A DNA stretch of 63,412 nucleotides, filler included, from Neoconidiobolus thromboides FSU 785 (GCA_025603075.1; 6 parts of 6 records of this genome joined end to end with filler, not necessarily neighbours in it); one strand, 5' to 3'. Numbered from the whole stretch's first letter, positions 13,606 through 25,722 are shown. Notes: generated by a model not told the origin, from the letters alone. Program-made: numbers and translations.

Positions 13606-14905
13606 TATTAAATTTGGCTATTGATTATAAAAGTAGTAGTCAATCTAAGCACAGCTATCTTAAATTTAAAGCACAGCTTAGTGGATGGTATAAATAAAAA
13701 CTTGAATTTTGAATTTCTTTTGATCTTTTTTTTAATCAGGTGCAAATAATTAAAATTGCATAATTAATCGTTAGACTTAACGTTTATTGGTTCTTTTTTT
13801 GTGGTGAATTTTAACACCTATCTTCAAAATATTGTGACGCTTATAGGTGTTAAATATATTATATAAAAATCTTTAGTTTAAACTATTTTATAAAAGTTTA
13901 GCTATATTTATAAGTAATAATATATCATATGAACAAACTATAATGTTTTATATGGCCTAACAGTCCCTTTATTATGTTAAATTTAGAATTAACAATGATA
14001 CTATAAAGGAAATTTTATTACTTTTCTATATTTGAATTATTTATTCTTTAATAGTTTCCTTATTTTCTCAAATTAAGACGTTTATTTTTAATATAATAAT
14101 CTATCAAAGTAATATGTTATATGAATAAATTTAATATTAAATATAGAGGTTTAAAACAAAGCCATTGTATTGTTTCATAAAGTTTAAAAAGTTATTTTTA
14201 TTTCAAAATTTATAATAAGTTAAAATAAGAGTGAAAAATTATGAAAACTATAGTCAAAATATTTAAGATACATTCATCTGATTGACAATATATCGCCTTA
14301 GTAGAAGATATTAAAGCATATGTAGCAGTAATATATTTGGGTATACATAGTTAAGATATTGCGCATTAAAAGCTTATCAGATTGATTATAAAGTTTATAT
14401 AATTGAAAATTTGAGTTTAAAAAAACACAAACTGTTATTGTTCAAAAATATTTAAAACATTATTTTGGTTGTGCTGTTTCAATAGATGAATTTTAAGATG
14501 CTAATAATTGACATCTAAGCTTAATGTAGCTTTCCTTATCATTTATTATTACACTCATACACCAAAAATTATAAACATTTTTTATAATATATATCTATTA
14601 AAAAGTAAAATTAGAGAACAAAATAAATGAATCATTTAGTCTCCTTTAGCTAGTAAAAGTGTAAAAATCAAGATCATAAATAATAATATAAACATATTAG
14701 AAAAATGTGCTTGGAGTATGAACTTTTATTTTAGAATGCTTTAAAACTTTTTTGGTTAGGTAATACGCAATCGAAATTTAAATAAAGTTATATTCAGTTT
14801 ATAATGGAAAGCTTTTAGGACGAACATGCTAAAATAAAAAATCAACTATTTAAAAGTATAAATACACATAAAACCCAATATAAAGGCTTTTTATTAAGCT
14901 TCAAA

Positions 14906-15634
14906 ATGATCTATCTTCTTCCTTCATTATCAATTTTATTTAGTATAATGAATGCAAGTTCAATTATTGATAGTTTTCGTGGTACAAATGATTTATTGAA
15001 AACATCTTGTTCAAACAAAGATAATACGGAGATGTATTTTTGTGTTTAAGAATTTTACTAGCAATTTTTTCGCTCAAATAACGCTTAAAAGGTGGAAAAA
15101 GCAATGAAGTCAAAAAAAAATACCCCCATATCAACAAAAATTTAGTAGGCATTTATAAAGAGGATGATGAAAACTCCAAAGTAGTTGTATAACTACTTTA
15201 GTGAATTGCAATTTGATGGAACTGGAAACTACTGCTTATATAAGAATTTCTATTGTTCAAGTGGAGTACAATGTCCTCAAACCTTTGCTCCTATCCTTGC
15301 TACTATGGATGACTTCTCGATTGAAAACATTAAATGCGAGGGCTCGGGTTTAGCTTTATCCTTTGATTTAAAATTAACAGAAACTGTAAATTCCTTAAAT
15401 AGAAAAGTGGATCTGGTCAATCAAAGTGCATACACCTACGGAGTGAGTTCTAGCATTGTAAAATCGTTTAAATCATTATCATTTTCCCATGGCACTGAAA
15501 GTAAACCAATTTTGAAATCAAATGATAAATGTGCAGCTAACAAATCACACGACCAATGTCAAACCACCACTCACACCCAGAATACAAAATGTTATAGTAA
15601 CAAATGTAAATTTGTTAAAAATATTAATCCATAG
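14906..15634 (+). pseudogene. Small secreted Cys-rich protein gene interrupted by a MITE
   Basis: ATG 14906 gives a signal-peptide-like MIYLLPSLSILFSIMNAS, and the frame hits a stop inside the MITE. Removing the MITE plus one TA restores an open frame (...SNKDN-INKNLVGIYKEDDENSK). It continues into Cys-rich ORF 15185-15634 through either a putative GT-AG intron 15181-15244 or a 1-nt frameshift. Confidence 0.6.
15027..15128 (+). mobile_element. MITE copy (A) inserted in a coding exon
   Basis: TA|CGGAGATGTATTTTTGTGTTTAAG...AAAAATACCCCCA|TA. Confidence 0.88.
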
Positions 15635-16514
15635 CTTTTGATATTCTAATATCACACTTTTTATTAGATATCAATGAAACACTTTAGATATCAATTGAAC
15701 TATCTTTCAAATAGACCTACTGGCTTACCTACTCTCTAATGTTTATATAAATCTCGATTTTGCTAAATCTTAGTTTTTACTTACTACATACTCAACAATT
15801 AATAAATGATTTTTTAATAGCATTTATCTAAAATTATTTGTCCATACATTAATCTTAATTTTAAACATTCTATAATAAAGTGTTATAAACTAAAATAAAC
15901 CCATTACTAATTAGACTAAAACTGATACAAGTATATAAATTATAAAACGTACATTTTTTTTAGATATTGCTATTATTAATGTCAATCAACATAAAAATGA
16001 GATACTAAAAAAATGGTAGTCTGATGAAAAGAGTAGAATTTATTAGAATGATTGGATTATCTGAGTTTAGTAATAGCATTTCAATTACTTAGTATAGTAG
16101 ATTTAACTATCTATTGTTAAATTAAATAGTCTATTGAAGTAATTGCAACATGTTGCACTTATTAAATGAAATTTAATTAAAGTTTTCTCCATGGTTAGGT
16201 GGAGTTGTGGCGTTATTTTATCAGAGTTAAATACTTGAAATACCAAAAATTTGAGCAAATAAAAGAATGATTAAGCTTTTAGGTAACTTTTAATTGGCTT
16301 AATTACAGAAATTTGGAACGAAGGGATACGCAAAATTTAAAATTTTTAAAATTTATTGGCCACTTTTTGAAAACAAACAAATCAATTTAAATAACTGGAA
16401 AATTAAAATAGAATCAACCACCACATTAATGTTTAATCATTTTTGAGTAGTTGAGTTTGTAAAAAGGGAGTAAATAAACGTAATAATCCTTTAAAATAGT
16501 ATATTCGTTTTGAA

Positions 16515-18386
16515 ATGATCAATAAGTATATGTCAACAAGAGAGTTCCAGTTTCGGGCTTCTAGGGCCCCAAAAAGCATCTATATGCGATGTGACAATGA
16601 CGAACTAACTTCAATAGAAAAATTTCGGGAATCAATGGATGAGATGTTAGATGCGCCTGACGATGAATTTCTAACAAAGAATGAATGTAGTGACGAAGGA
16701 TTAATGAAAATCTTCAAATTTGAAAGCTCTGGTCCTGGATTAATCGCATCAAATGACACCAATGATCACGATTCTGAGCCTGAATCGTTCAATTCAGCAG
16801 AAATAAAAAAGCATGAAGAAGCCACTATGCAAAATCTAGCTAGGAGAAGGCGATATTTTACTTCATTTAAATATAAAGAGCATCTTGAGCCTGTTTTTTC
16901 ACAGGGTAGTAACATGTTTGATCCTGATGATAACTCTATGTTTTCCCACTTTAATTTAGGTAGAATGGATGATTATGCGCTATTTGGCGTTACAGAAAAA
17001 GATAAAGAAGAATTCGATTTTAACAAAAATAAGAATAAGCCAGTTTCCATTCTAAGTGAAAAGAATGATTCAATTCTTTCCAATGATAAAAACAAGACAA
17101 CTAATGTTTCTGATGACAAACCAGTACGTGGAAATGACTTTAAAATGCCAGATGATATTCAGGCATACTTCATTAGATATACTAAAGCTCTGGCTGAATG
17201 TGAAGCTAAAGGTATGCCACCAGAAGAAATTGCAATTGTTGTACCAAAAATGTTAGATGAAGAGGATAGACTTAAGGCAATGAAAGAGATACCTGTTACC
17301 AATCGAAACAATGTTGATGGTGAAAAGAGATCTAACCATATGAAGGCTAAATCAATGTCAATTGTAACAAATTTAAATCAAATGACTAATAATGTGGTTT
17401 CTCCAATCCCAATAACATCACTAGCTACAACATCTAATTCTGCTAAGCTTTCGACTCCAACAAAATCACCTACATCAGCTAAATCGCCCAGTAAGCCTTC
17501 TTTGAAATCATCATCAACAGTCAAAGCCATTAAATCAGTAAACATCAATAAAATTGATGACAATAGAAGACACTCAATGATGAATGTGCCTACCGAAGCT
17601 AAAATACCAAATAAAAAAGATGAACGAAGAAAGACTACTATTTTAAGCGGTGGGTCATCAACTTCATCTATTAGACAAAGAGTTCAACCAACTTCAACCA
17701 ATGATAATCGACGTAATGGAGTTATTTATTCAAATATACAACCAGTTGTTTTAAAACAAAGTAACTCAACACCAATTATGAATAAATTGAGGCCAGTTTC
17801 AATGCAGATTAGTAAATCTGATTACAAATCAGCTTATAATTACAACAGTGGATCAGTTGAAAGAGTATCAAGACTTATTGAAAGTTCCGAAGAGAGAAGA
17901 AAGTCATTCAACCAAGCTATTATGCCTAGTTCCCCCAATTCACATTCTAAATCTAAATCCATTTCACTTGCGTCTCCTAACTCCCCTAATTTACATTCCA
18001 AATCTAAATCTATTTCCTTTACGCCACCAGATTATTCTAAATCAAATTACAAAATAGTACCAGCATCAAATGACATAGTCAATGCGCTACCAATTAATTC
18101 AAGTAGTATACAAAGTAGTTTTAAGCCAACTTTAAGTGCTAAATCAATATTAAGTAGTAATTATACTAAAGACGACTTGTTAGAATTAATTAGAGAAAAT
18201 AGAGCACCCAAACCTAATTTTCTACTCAATAGAGCTTTGTTACTTGGTGAAGATAAGGCAAGAAGGGATCCTTTTATCCAAGCGTGTCTTAGAGAAATTA
18301 GACTAAATAGGGAATATATATTTAAAAACAATCCTTCTTTTACTTCTAAAATCCCAAAGCCTGAGCTACCTTATCCGAATGTTTAA
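16515..18386 (+). CDS. Intronless 623-aa orphan; acidic N-terminal half, Ser/Lys/Pro-rich disordered middle, short helical-looking C-terminus
   Basis: Long uninterrupted ORF in a very AT-rich genome with a coding-like GC rise; no family recognised. Confidence 0.75.
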   Translation: MINKYMSTREFQFRASRAPKSIYMRCDNDELTSIEKFRESMDEMLDAPDDEFLTKNECSDEGLMKIFKFESSGPGLIASNDTNDHDSEPESFNSAEIKKHEEATMQNLARRRRYFTSFKYKEHLEPVFSQGSNMFDPDDNSMFSHFNLGRMDDYALFGVTEKDKEEFDFNKNKNKPVSILSEKNDSILSNDKNKTTNVSDDKPVRGNDFKMPDDIQAYFIRYTKALAECEAKGMPPEEIAIVVPKMLDEEDRLKAMKEIPVTNRNNVDGEKRSNHMKAKSMSIVTNLNQMTNNVVSPIPITSLATTSNSAKLSTPTKSPTSAKSPSKPSLKSSSTVKAIKSVNINKIDDNRRHSMMNVPTEAKIPNKKDERRKTTILSGGSSTSSIRQRVQPTSTNDNRRNGVIYSNIQPVVLKQSNSTPIMNKLRPVSMQISKSDYKSAYNYNSGSVERVSRLIESSEERRKSFNQAIMPSSPNSHSKSKSISLASPNSPNLHSKSKSISFTPPDYSKSNYKIVPASNDIVNALPINSSSIQSSFKPTLSAKSILSSNYTKDDLLELIRENRAPKPNFLLNRALLLGEDKARRDPFIQACLREIRLNREYIFKNNPSFTSKIPKPELPYPNV

Positions 18387-18912
18387 CTTCAAGTTTTTAT
18401 ATTAAACTATAATTAATTTATTACAAAATATTTATCTTTATGTACATGATTCTTATCATTCAAGTTTATGCTAGGATTAGCTATTAAGTAGAAAAGGTGC
18501 TGGTTGAAATAAATTATATTTAATAAAATTGTTTTTTAATTCTGCCAAAGATACTAATTGGAATACAGAATTTAATTTTTATATTTTTATATTTTTATAT
18601 TTTTAAAATAATAGTCAAGGAGGTCATTTATACCATTCCTTTAAAGCTTTTGTTTACTATTGTAACTAATATTTAAATATGGAAATAATTCTTCCTGATT
18701 TGATCCTTTGTTATTAAAGAAATGTCCTAATATCCATTTATAATCCTTTCTGAAAATTTGCATTATTATTTAAGGTAAACACGCATTCATATTGTTACAA
18801 AAAAGCTTTAAGATAACCTTTGAATTTATTACAATATAAATTTATACAATTCCATTTAAATAGGTACTAAATCAAAGCTAATCATGCGATCAAAGATTAT
18901 TTGTTTTGGTAA

Positions 18913-21207
18913 TTAACTATCAGTGATGATCTTAAGTGGATGTGCTCCAGGGGACAGAATAAATGCATTTAGATCTAGATGAAAGTCTAAAGAAGGGTCA
19001 TTAATAGATGAAGCTGAGTTGCTTCGATTTGGAACTTGCTCAAGGGGCGAGAACAACAAATATAAATATTTTAAAGTTTTTGACAAAAAGCTGGAAGGCA
19101 TTTCTCCCAGCAACACTTTGTTTGAATTTTGGTACTTACGTTCCGTTAACACATTATCATAAGTGGAATACCCATACTTAACTTTACAATGCTTTTCTAT
19201 TGCCTATATAAATTAATTAAAATTAGTCATTAAAAGGCTGAGTAAAATTACTATAAATATGTCCCATCCCATCTGTTGGTATTTTCTGTTTTTAGTTCTT
19301 CTATATAAATAAAAGAGGGATTCTACTGTTTCACTGGATAATAAAAAATTGGCGTCATAAATTGAAAAATAATTTTCTTCAAAGAAAGTGGAGTTAGTAA
19401 ATGAAGATATTTTCGAGTAATAGTCATTAGGATTAACACCCAAGAAGTATATGTGCTCTGGAGCTAATTGAGTTGGGGCGGATTTGTATAAGTTTAAACA
19501 AGTTGAGGTAATATTTTCAGCAAGTTCAATATCCTTAACTCTGTTTAATACATGTGAACTTAATGCAATTAATCCTGGAAAAAAACAAGAGTAGTGACTC
19601 ATTGCATATTCCAATTGATTATCAGTATTCAAGCCACCCAAAAATGTTTTACCCATATCTGGATGACCAATCACCAATTTACGTTGTATTGCATTAAGAG
19701 ACTTTAAATATTTCTCTTTTAATCTTTGGTCTTTTTTGTTTAATAACAAATATTCTTTAAATAATACATCATAATATCTTCCACCATCTTTATCTAAACT
19801 TGATTTTCCACTTGGTTTAATAACTTCAATATCAAACTGAGTTGGAAAAATGCCTGGTATATCTAATATAGTTAAATCAAATAAGTTTCTTACTAAATTA
19901 GCTTTTTCTATGTATGTTTGATTATCTGTTAGTTTTCCAAGTTTAATAAATTCCAATTGAAAGGAACTTAATTTAGAAATCGTTGTCCACTTTTCGTTAG
20001 TGTTGTCACCATTAAACTTAAAAGTTGATGTAGGTAAACCATGGGAAGTTTCAAACGCTATCATACTTAATTGCGCCACTTCTTCAGCTTTAGCTAACAA
20101 ATCGTCATCATTTGTAAGCTCATATGCCCCCAATAAACCACCCAAACATGAACTAATAAATTTATCGAATTCTATGGTCCCACTCTGAATAATAAATATT
20201 TATTTATCAAAAAATAATTAAAATAGTTTACTAGTTTACTAAAATCTACTGACAAAGCCTGTTTCTTCGCGTTTTCAAACTCTTCTTTTAACCCCATTAT
20301 TATAAGCGTATCTAAGTTATCAAATAATGTCATCCCAAAACTAAGTTTATTTTAAAAATTATTCTTTTCTTGTAATAATTAATTTACCCTTGATAACTAT
20401 GAAATAAATAAATAAATAAATAAATAAAATCTAGAAAACAAGTTACTCATCAGTGTATGTTTTCCTCAAAGGTAATATTTGGTCATGACCAAACGCTAAC
20501 TCTTTATAGCTATTCCAACTATGTAAAAATGATTTCCTAATCTGCAATCTTCTTAACCTATCTAGAGCTTCCCATCGAGCGCCTTGAACCTTATCACTAG
20601 AGCCTTTCAAAAGCTTTGGAACCCATGAAAAAGAACTACTTCTTTCTACATTTTTAGCGTCTCTCATCTGATGTAACAAATTCAGTTTGTGCTGTTCCGA
20701 AGGAGGCAGATCACTAAAATCAATCGCATAATGGCTTAACATTTCATTTAACATCTCGCTTATCCTTTCATCTTGTCTATTGTATTCTTGATCCGCTAAA
20801 CTGGTTAAGTTTCTATTAAACTCAAATTCGGAGTCTTCATAGCTTGCTAAAGTATTTACATAATCGATATAGTGGCTCCAGCCCAAGATAGAGAAAAAGA
20901 TAATGGAAGTTGAGACGATTACAAATATAATAGCTGGCTTTACATAAGGTCTTTTTTCATTCTTTTCATCAATCCAATATTTGATTTCAAAACATATATC
21001 TATTAACTTATTGAATATGTAATATTTGGATAAAAAGTCTAAAACACGTTCAAACGGATGATATATTATTTTGTTCATAAACTTCGACCACCTGCTTTGT
21101 GCCCCTCTTTCTTGTGTTGTATCGTTGAGTTGAATCTCTTCCTCATAGTCTATCCCTCTTACACTTTCATACTCACTTTCACTACTATTCACTCGATTAT
21201 AATACAT
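18913..21207 (-). CDS. GH47 (class I alpha-1,2-mannosidase) fold, type II membrane protein; probably catalytically inactive; 4 exons
   Basis: Scaffold motifs FLHSWNSYKELAFGHD, LDTLIIMGL, LGGLLGAYEL, FQLEF, APEH, ETVESLFYLYRRT, TLKYLYLLFS and AHPL, plus one N-terminal TM segment. Active-site motifs are degenerate (see findings). Confidence 0.88.
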
Positions 21208-21403
21208 GATTTCTAGTTATTTAAGAAAGTAAAAAATAAAATCTTAGATTTTGCATTTAAATTTAGTTTCTCCGCTATAGGAACTTGGATAGAAAGGAGT
21301 GAATTTATAAAAAATTGATCAAGAACCATATTTGGAAGTAACTTTTTCCTTTCAACATTTTGCTCATTTTTGGGCCTAAGATTTAGAAACAAATTATAAT
21401 ATA

Positions 21404-21500
21404 TGGGAATATAGTTTTTTAAGAATTTTACTAACAAATTTTCCACTCAAATAGTGCTTAAAAAATGGAAAAAATAATGAAGCCAAAAAAAACATCCCCA
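21404..21500 (+). mobile_element. MITE copy (A), ~200 bp upstream of the GH47 ATG
   Basis: TA|TGGGAATATAG...AAGAATTTTACTAACAAATTTTCCACTCAAATAGTGC...CATCCCCA|TA. Confidence 0.88.
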
Positions 21501-21864
21501 TATGATTGTTATAAACCCACGTTGTTGTGTAGTTTCCGACTTTTAAATACTTTAAATACGAGTTTTATTATATGAAAAATAAAATCATAATTAATTGTTT
21601 TTTACAGCAATTAATAATTTTAATGAATCAATTTTATGACATTTTATTAATAAATGAGTTTGAAAAAATTAGATAATTGAATTTTAATGTATTTTAATTA
21701 TAACGAGCTCTTAATTCGATAGAATCATGTATTAGAATGTTAGATAATCAACTAAAAGCCCATCAAAAGTTTCAATTTAGTAATTTTAGATATATATTAT
21801 TTGTATTATAAATACAAATAATAATAAAAGTAAAGTACTTTTATATTTCATTCAAAATAATATT

Positions 21865-21962
21865 TGGGAGTGTTTTTTTACTTCATTATTTTTTCCATTT
21901 TTAAGCGCTATTTAAGGCGAAAATTTGCTAGTAAAATTCTTAAGCACAAAAATACATCTCCA
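21865..21962 (-). mobile_element. MITE copy (B)
   Basis: TGGGAGTGTTTTTTT...TTAAGCGCTATTT...AATACATCTCCA; TA flanks degraded to TT. Confidence 0.85.
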
Positions 21963-22002
21963 TTTAATAATAAAAAATGTACATTTTAAATCTACAGTAA
22001 AA

Positions 22003-22100
22003 TGTGGATGTTTTTGGTTTCATTACCTTTTCCATCTTTTAAGTACTATTTAAGTAAAAAAATTGTTAGTAAAATTCTCAAATACAAAAATACGTCCCTA
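22003..22100 (-). mobile_element. MITE copy (B, diverged), ~100 bp downstream of the SulP stop
   Basis: TGTGGATGTTTTTGGTTTCATTAC...TTGTTAGTAAAATTCTC...TACGTCCCTA. Confidence 0.8.
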
Positions 22101-22200
22101 AATAATAATTATAAAAACAATTCAATTTTATTAAAAGATTATAATCTTAAGTTTAGAATAAACATGCTACAAATAAATATTCAGAAAATCAGCTTTGACA

Positions 22201-24450
22201 TTAAGATTGTATCCTCGAGTTTATACTAATGCGCATGCGTTCTACAGCATCGCTAACAGTTAAATGTACATATCTTGATGCATTACTTACAATTGGTTCA
22301 ATCTCATTACTTAAACCATTTACTTTGAGATCGCCTTCTTCAATTAGTTGAACATTAGCTTCGGTAGTTTGGTTATGGAAGCTTCGTGGCAAAATTGGAG
22401 CAACTGGACTTGTAACTCCAGAAAGCTCCAAAACTTTCAATACTTGAGGATTAGTTGAAACAAAATGCATCTCGAAGAATTTGGTATCCTCGTTAAAGTT
22501 TAAAGAAGAAGAAGCAGAATTTTCTCCAGCAGCGCCTCCGATTTCAAATTCCTGATCTATATTCTCTTTGGAATTTACTTCAATTATCGTTTTATTGTCA
22601 TCAACCCCAGCATATCTTGATAACATGTCTCTGATATCAAATAATCCTTGTAGTCCAGAAGAGTCGATTAAATTAACTGAACTAAAGTCAAAAATAACAG
22701 CTTTAAGGTATGTGAGGGACTTAGGATCTGGAGCAGCAATACCAGTTTGTTTTTCTCTTGCTGCTCTAAGCTTATTTCCTCTTACTTCTAAATCATCACA
22801 CCATAATTTATCTTCCGGATTTACAACTACAGATCCAGATCTAGTTACTTCCAAAACAACATCTAAAAGGCTATCTCTGATGTAGTCAATATTTGGAAAT
22901 ATTAATGATTCTTGAGGCTTAAAGATGAGCACTCCTGGAAGAGGAGAGGATGTTTTATACCCTGGATGCTTTTGGTCAATAAATACTCCAGATCTTCCAA
23001 CGACTTGAGCCAATAAATATAGATGTGGGCGTGCAATTTGATATACTAAAATAAGGAAAGCTAAACCTACTGAAGAGGCAATGCCAATTTCTGCCCCTGC
23101 AAAAAACGTGGCTAAAGTTGCTAATAAAAATACTAGACAATCACTTGGTTGAACTTTCCAAAGATCTAAAACAACTTTATAGGAAGAAACAAGGGAAGAA
23201 GCGGAAACTATAATGATAGCGGAAAGGGTAGCACTAGGTATATAGTAGAAAGCAGGGGTAAGGAAACCTAGAGCCATTAATACGACTGTACCTGTCCAAA
23301 TCCCAGCAAAAGGAGTACGTACTCCAGACTGAGATTTTACTGCAGATCTTGAAAAGGAACCAGTTGCTGGAAAAGCACCAAAGAAAGAAGCAAAAAAATT
23401 ACAAATACCCAAAGCAAAGAGTTCTTGAGAAGAAGAAACTTGGTAGCTAGATTGACGAGCAAAAGCTTTACATAAAGCAACATGTTCTAAAACACCAATA
23501 AGAGTAACTGGAATCAACTCCAATGCTACATCCGATAATAACTGTGGGTTAAGGTTAGGCACCCCAATGTAGTTAAATCCTTTTGGTACTTCTTTTACAA
23601 TTTTCAATGTAAATTTTGGGTTGGAATTAAATACTAAGAATGAAATGATAGTGAAGATTAACACAGCAAGGCCATTAGAAGCAATTTTTAAAAATCTAAT
23701 TGATGGATATTTTTTTGAAAATCTTTTAGAAATGAAGTCCAGGATAAGGATGAAAGCTAATGAACTAAGTCCGAACACAAGGTCTCTCCAATTAAGATTT
23801 GGTATGTTTGTAAAAAAATTATAAATAATTGTGATAGTAGGATCGTTAGATGATACATTAGGGATACCTAATAAAGGAGCAGCCTGAGTAAGGATAATCG
23901 TGAATGCAGAGCCCGTAGTAAATCCAATGATAACAGGATTGGGAATTAAATCAAGTAAAATACCAAGCCTAAATATACCCATGATAAAAGTTATCATAGA
24001 TCCTAAAAAGGCCAGAGCAACGGCAATATCTACCGCAGAAAATTGAGACCCATGATTTAACACTCTTGTAACTACAGAGCCCACGAGTAAAGATAATACA
24101 GCAGTAGGGCCAACCGAAATTTCTCTTGAAGTTCCCATAAGAGAATAAAGCATGACGCCCATAAAACCGGTATATAACCCATAGACTACAGGTAAATTAG
24201 CTAGTTTTGCATATGCTAAAGATTGAGGCACAACCATAACGCCAACAGTTACACCAGCGATAAAGTCGCCTAAGAGCCATTTTCTATTATACTTGGTTGC
24301 CCATGAAAATATTGGAAAAAAAGATTTAAAGTAGGCTGGAGAGGCTTCTTTTACACGGTGAAGAGTACGGGATGTTTTTTCTTTAAAATTTAGTTCACCA
24401 AAGTAATTTCGTGCTTCAATATCATCTTTTAATTTTAACTGCTCGTTCAT
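22201..24450 (-). CDS. SulP/SLC26 sulfate (anion) permease with STAS domain, intronless, 749 aa
   Basis: GDFIAGVTVGVMVVPQSLAYA, GLYT, VGPTAVLSL, NQE-like SQELFALG, ATGSFSRSAV; STAS motifs FPNIDYIRD and DFSSVNLIDSSGLQGL. Confidence 0.95.
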   Translation of the reverse strand: MNEQLKLKDDIEARNYFGELNFKEKTSRTLHRVKEASPAYFKSFFPIFSWATKYNRKWLLGDFIAGVTVGVMVVPQSLAYAKLANLPVVYGLYTGFMGVMLYSLMGTSREISVGPTAVLSLLVGSVVTRVLNHGSQFSAVDIAVALAFLGSMITFIMGIFRLGILLDLIPNPVIIGFTTGSAFTIILTQAAPLLGIPNVSSNDPTITIIYNFFTNIPNLNWRDLVFGLSSLAFILILDFISKRFSKKYPSIRFLKIASNGLAVLIFTIISFLVFNSNPKFTLKIVKEVPKGFNYIGVPNLNPQLLSDVALELIPVTLIGVLEHVALCKAFARQSSYQVSSSQELFALGICNFFASFFGAFPATGSFSRSAVKSQSGVRTPFAGIWTGTVVLMALGFLTPAFYYIPSATLSAIIIVSASSLVSSYKVVLDLWKVQPSDCLVFLLATLATFFAGAEIGIASSVGLAFLILVYQIARPHLYLLAQVVGRSGVFIDQKHPGYKTSSPLPGVLIFKPQESLIFPNIDYIRDSLLDVVLEVTRSGSVVVNPEDKLWCDDLEVRGNKLRAAREKQTGIAAPDPKSLTYLKAVIFDFSSVNLIDSSGLQGLFDIRDMLSRYAGVDDNKTIIEVNSKENIDQEFEIGGAAGENSASSSLNFNEDTKFFEMHFVSTNPQVLKVLELSGVTSPVAPILPRSFHNQTTEANVQLIEEGDLKVNGLSNEIEPIVSNASRYVHLTVSDAVERMRISINSRIQS

Positions 24451-25324
24451 CGTTCGTTATAGATTATTAATTATTAATCAATAAAAAATATTGTTGTTAA
24501 TATTCCAATTATTGATTTTTATAGTATAATTTTATTTCTCCTTATTTTTAACTAATGGTAGGGTCATAATATGAAAAGATTGTGCCATTTTATGTTTGAA
24601 TTAGAACAAACAAATTGAAACAAAAGTTATAGATTATAAATTTTTATTAAGAGTTGTTTTTATTTCTATTTAAAGGCAAAACTTGCTTAAAATCTAAATG
24701 AATTTGCTATTCTTGTGAATGATAAAGATCATTAAGCTTTCTAATTTAATAATGATAATCAAATGTCCAAATAAAAATCACAAATGGTTCTAGATTAACT
24801 GTTATTTTTGTATATTTTATATGAGGTACAACAATTTATTTGAGTCAACTTTGGGACAAAACAAAGAGATAATTAAAAATAAGATCTAGGATTAATGCTG
24901 TATACCAGTAGAAAAAACCTAACAAAAAGCTAAAGCCAATGTAAAATTAGCCCAATATCATCATTTTGTACTAATAGCACGTCATTTAACAGAATATAAC
25001 CACCATCTTAGTGTTTTAACATCAAAACCTTAATCAGGTGTATTAGAATAACCTATTCTGATTAATATATATATGTATTAAATGCATTCGGACATTTATC
25101 GGTTCATTAACCATGGTTTATTGCCTACCACAATACACTATACGCCATATACTGTTAAAGTGTTTAATAGATATGATTAGGTAATAGTTCCAAATAAATA
25201 TCAAATTAAGTTATTATTATAGCGCATTTATATCATTTTACCATTTGTAGTTAGTTTGAGTTATCTGTGTAAAAAGAAGCTGTTCTTCTATTATTGTATT
25301 TCAGATTATATTTTTGTATTAATA

Positions 25325-25421
25325 TGTGTATGTACTTTTTTAAGAATTTTACTGACAATCTTTGTACTTAAAGAGTGCTTAAAAAATAGAAAAAGTGACG
25401 AAATCAAAAAAAACATCCGCA
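25325..25421 (+). mobile_element. MITE copy (A, old and diverged)
   Basis: TA|TGTGTATGTAC...AAGAATTTTACTGACAA...GAAATCAAAAAAAACATCCGCA. Confidence 0.7.
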
Positions 25422-25722
25422 TTAGTGGTTAGGGCACTTATTGAATATTGTATTAGTTAAACTATATAACATTCATCAGAGCATGCTTAGTATACTATAT
25501 TATTTATTAAATTACTATCATTTAATATTAAGGTTCACTTAATAGTTTAGACAATAAGTTATAGGGTGACCTAGAGACTTATCTTAACAGAGATATCTAA
25601 AACTGTTTAAAGCAATTATTATATATAAAGTATAATGAAATGACTTTTAGCACTTTGATTTTTTTATGTATTTTTGAGAACCGCAAATGCAAATACTAAT
25701 AGTAGAAATCATACATAATATA

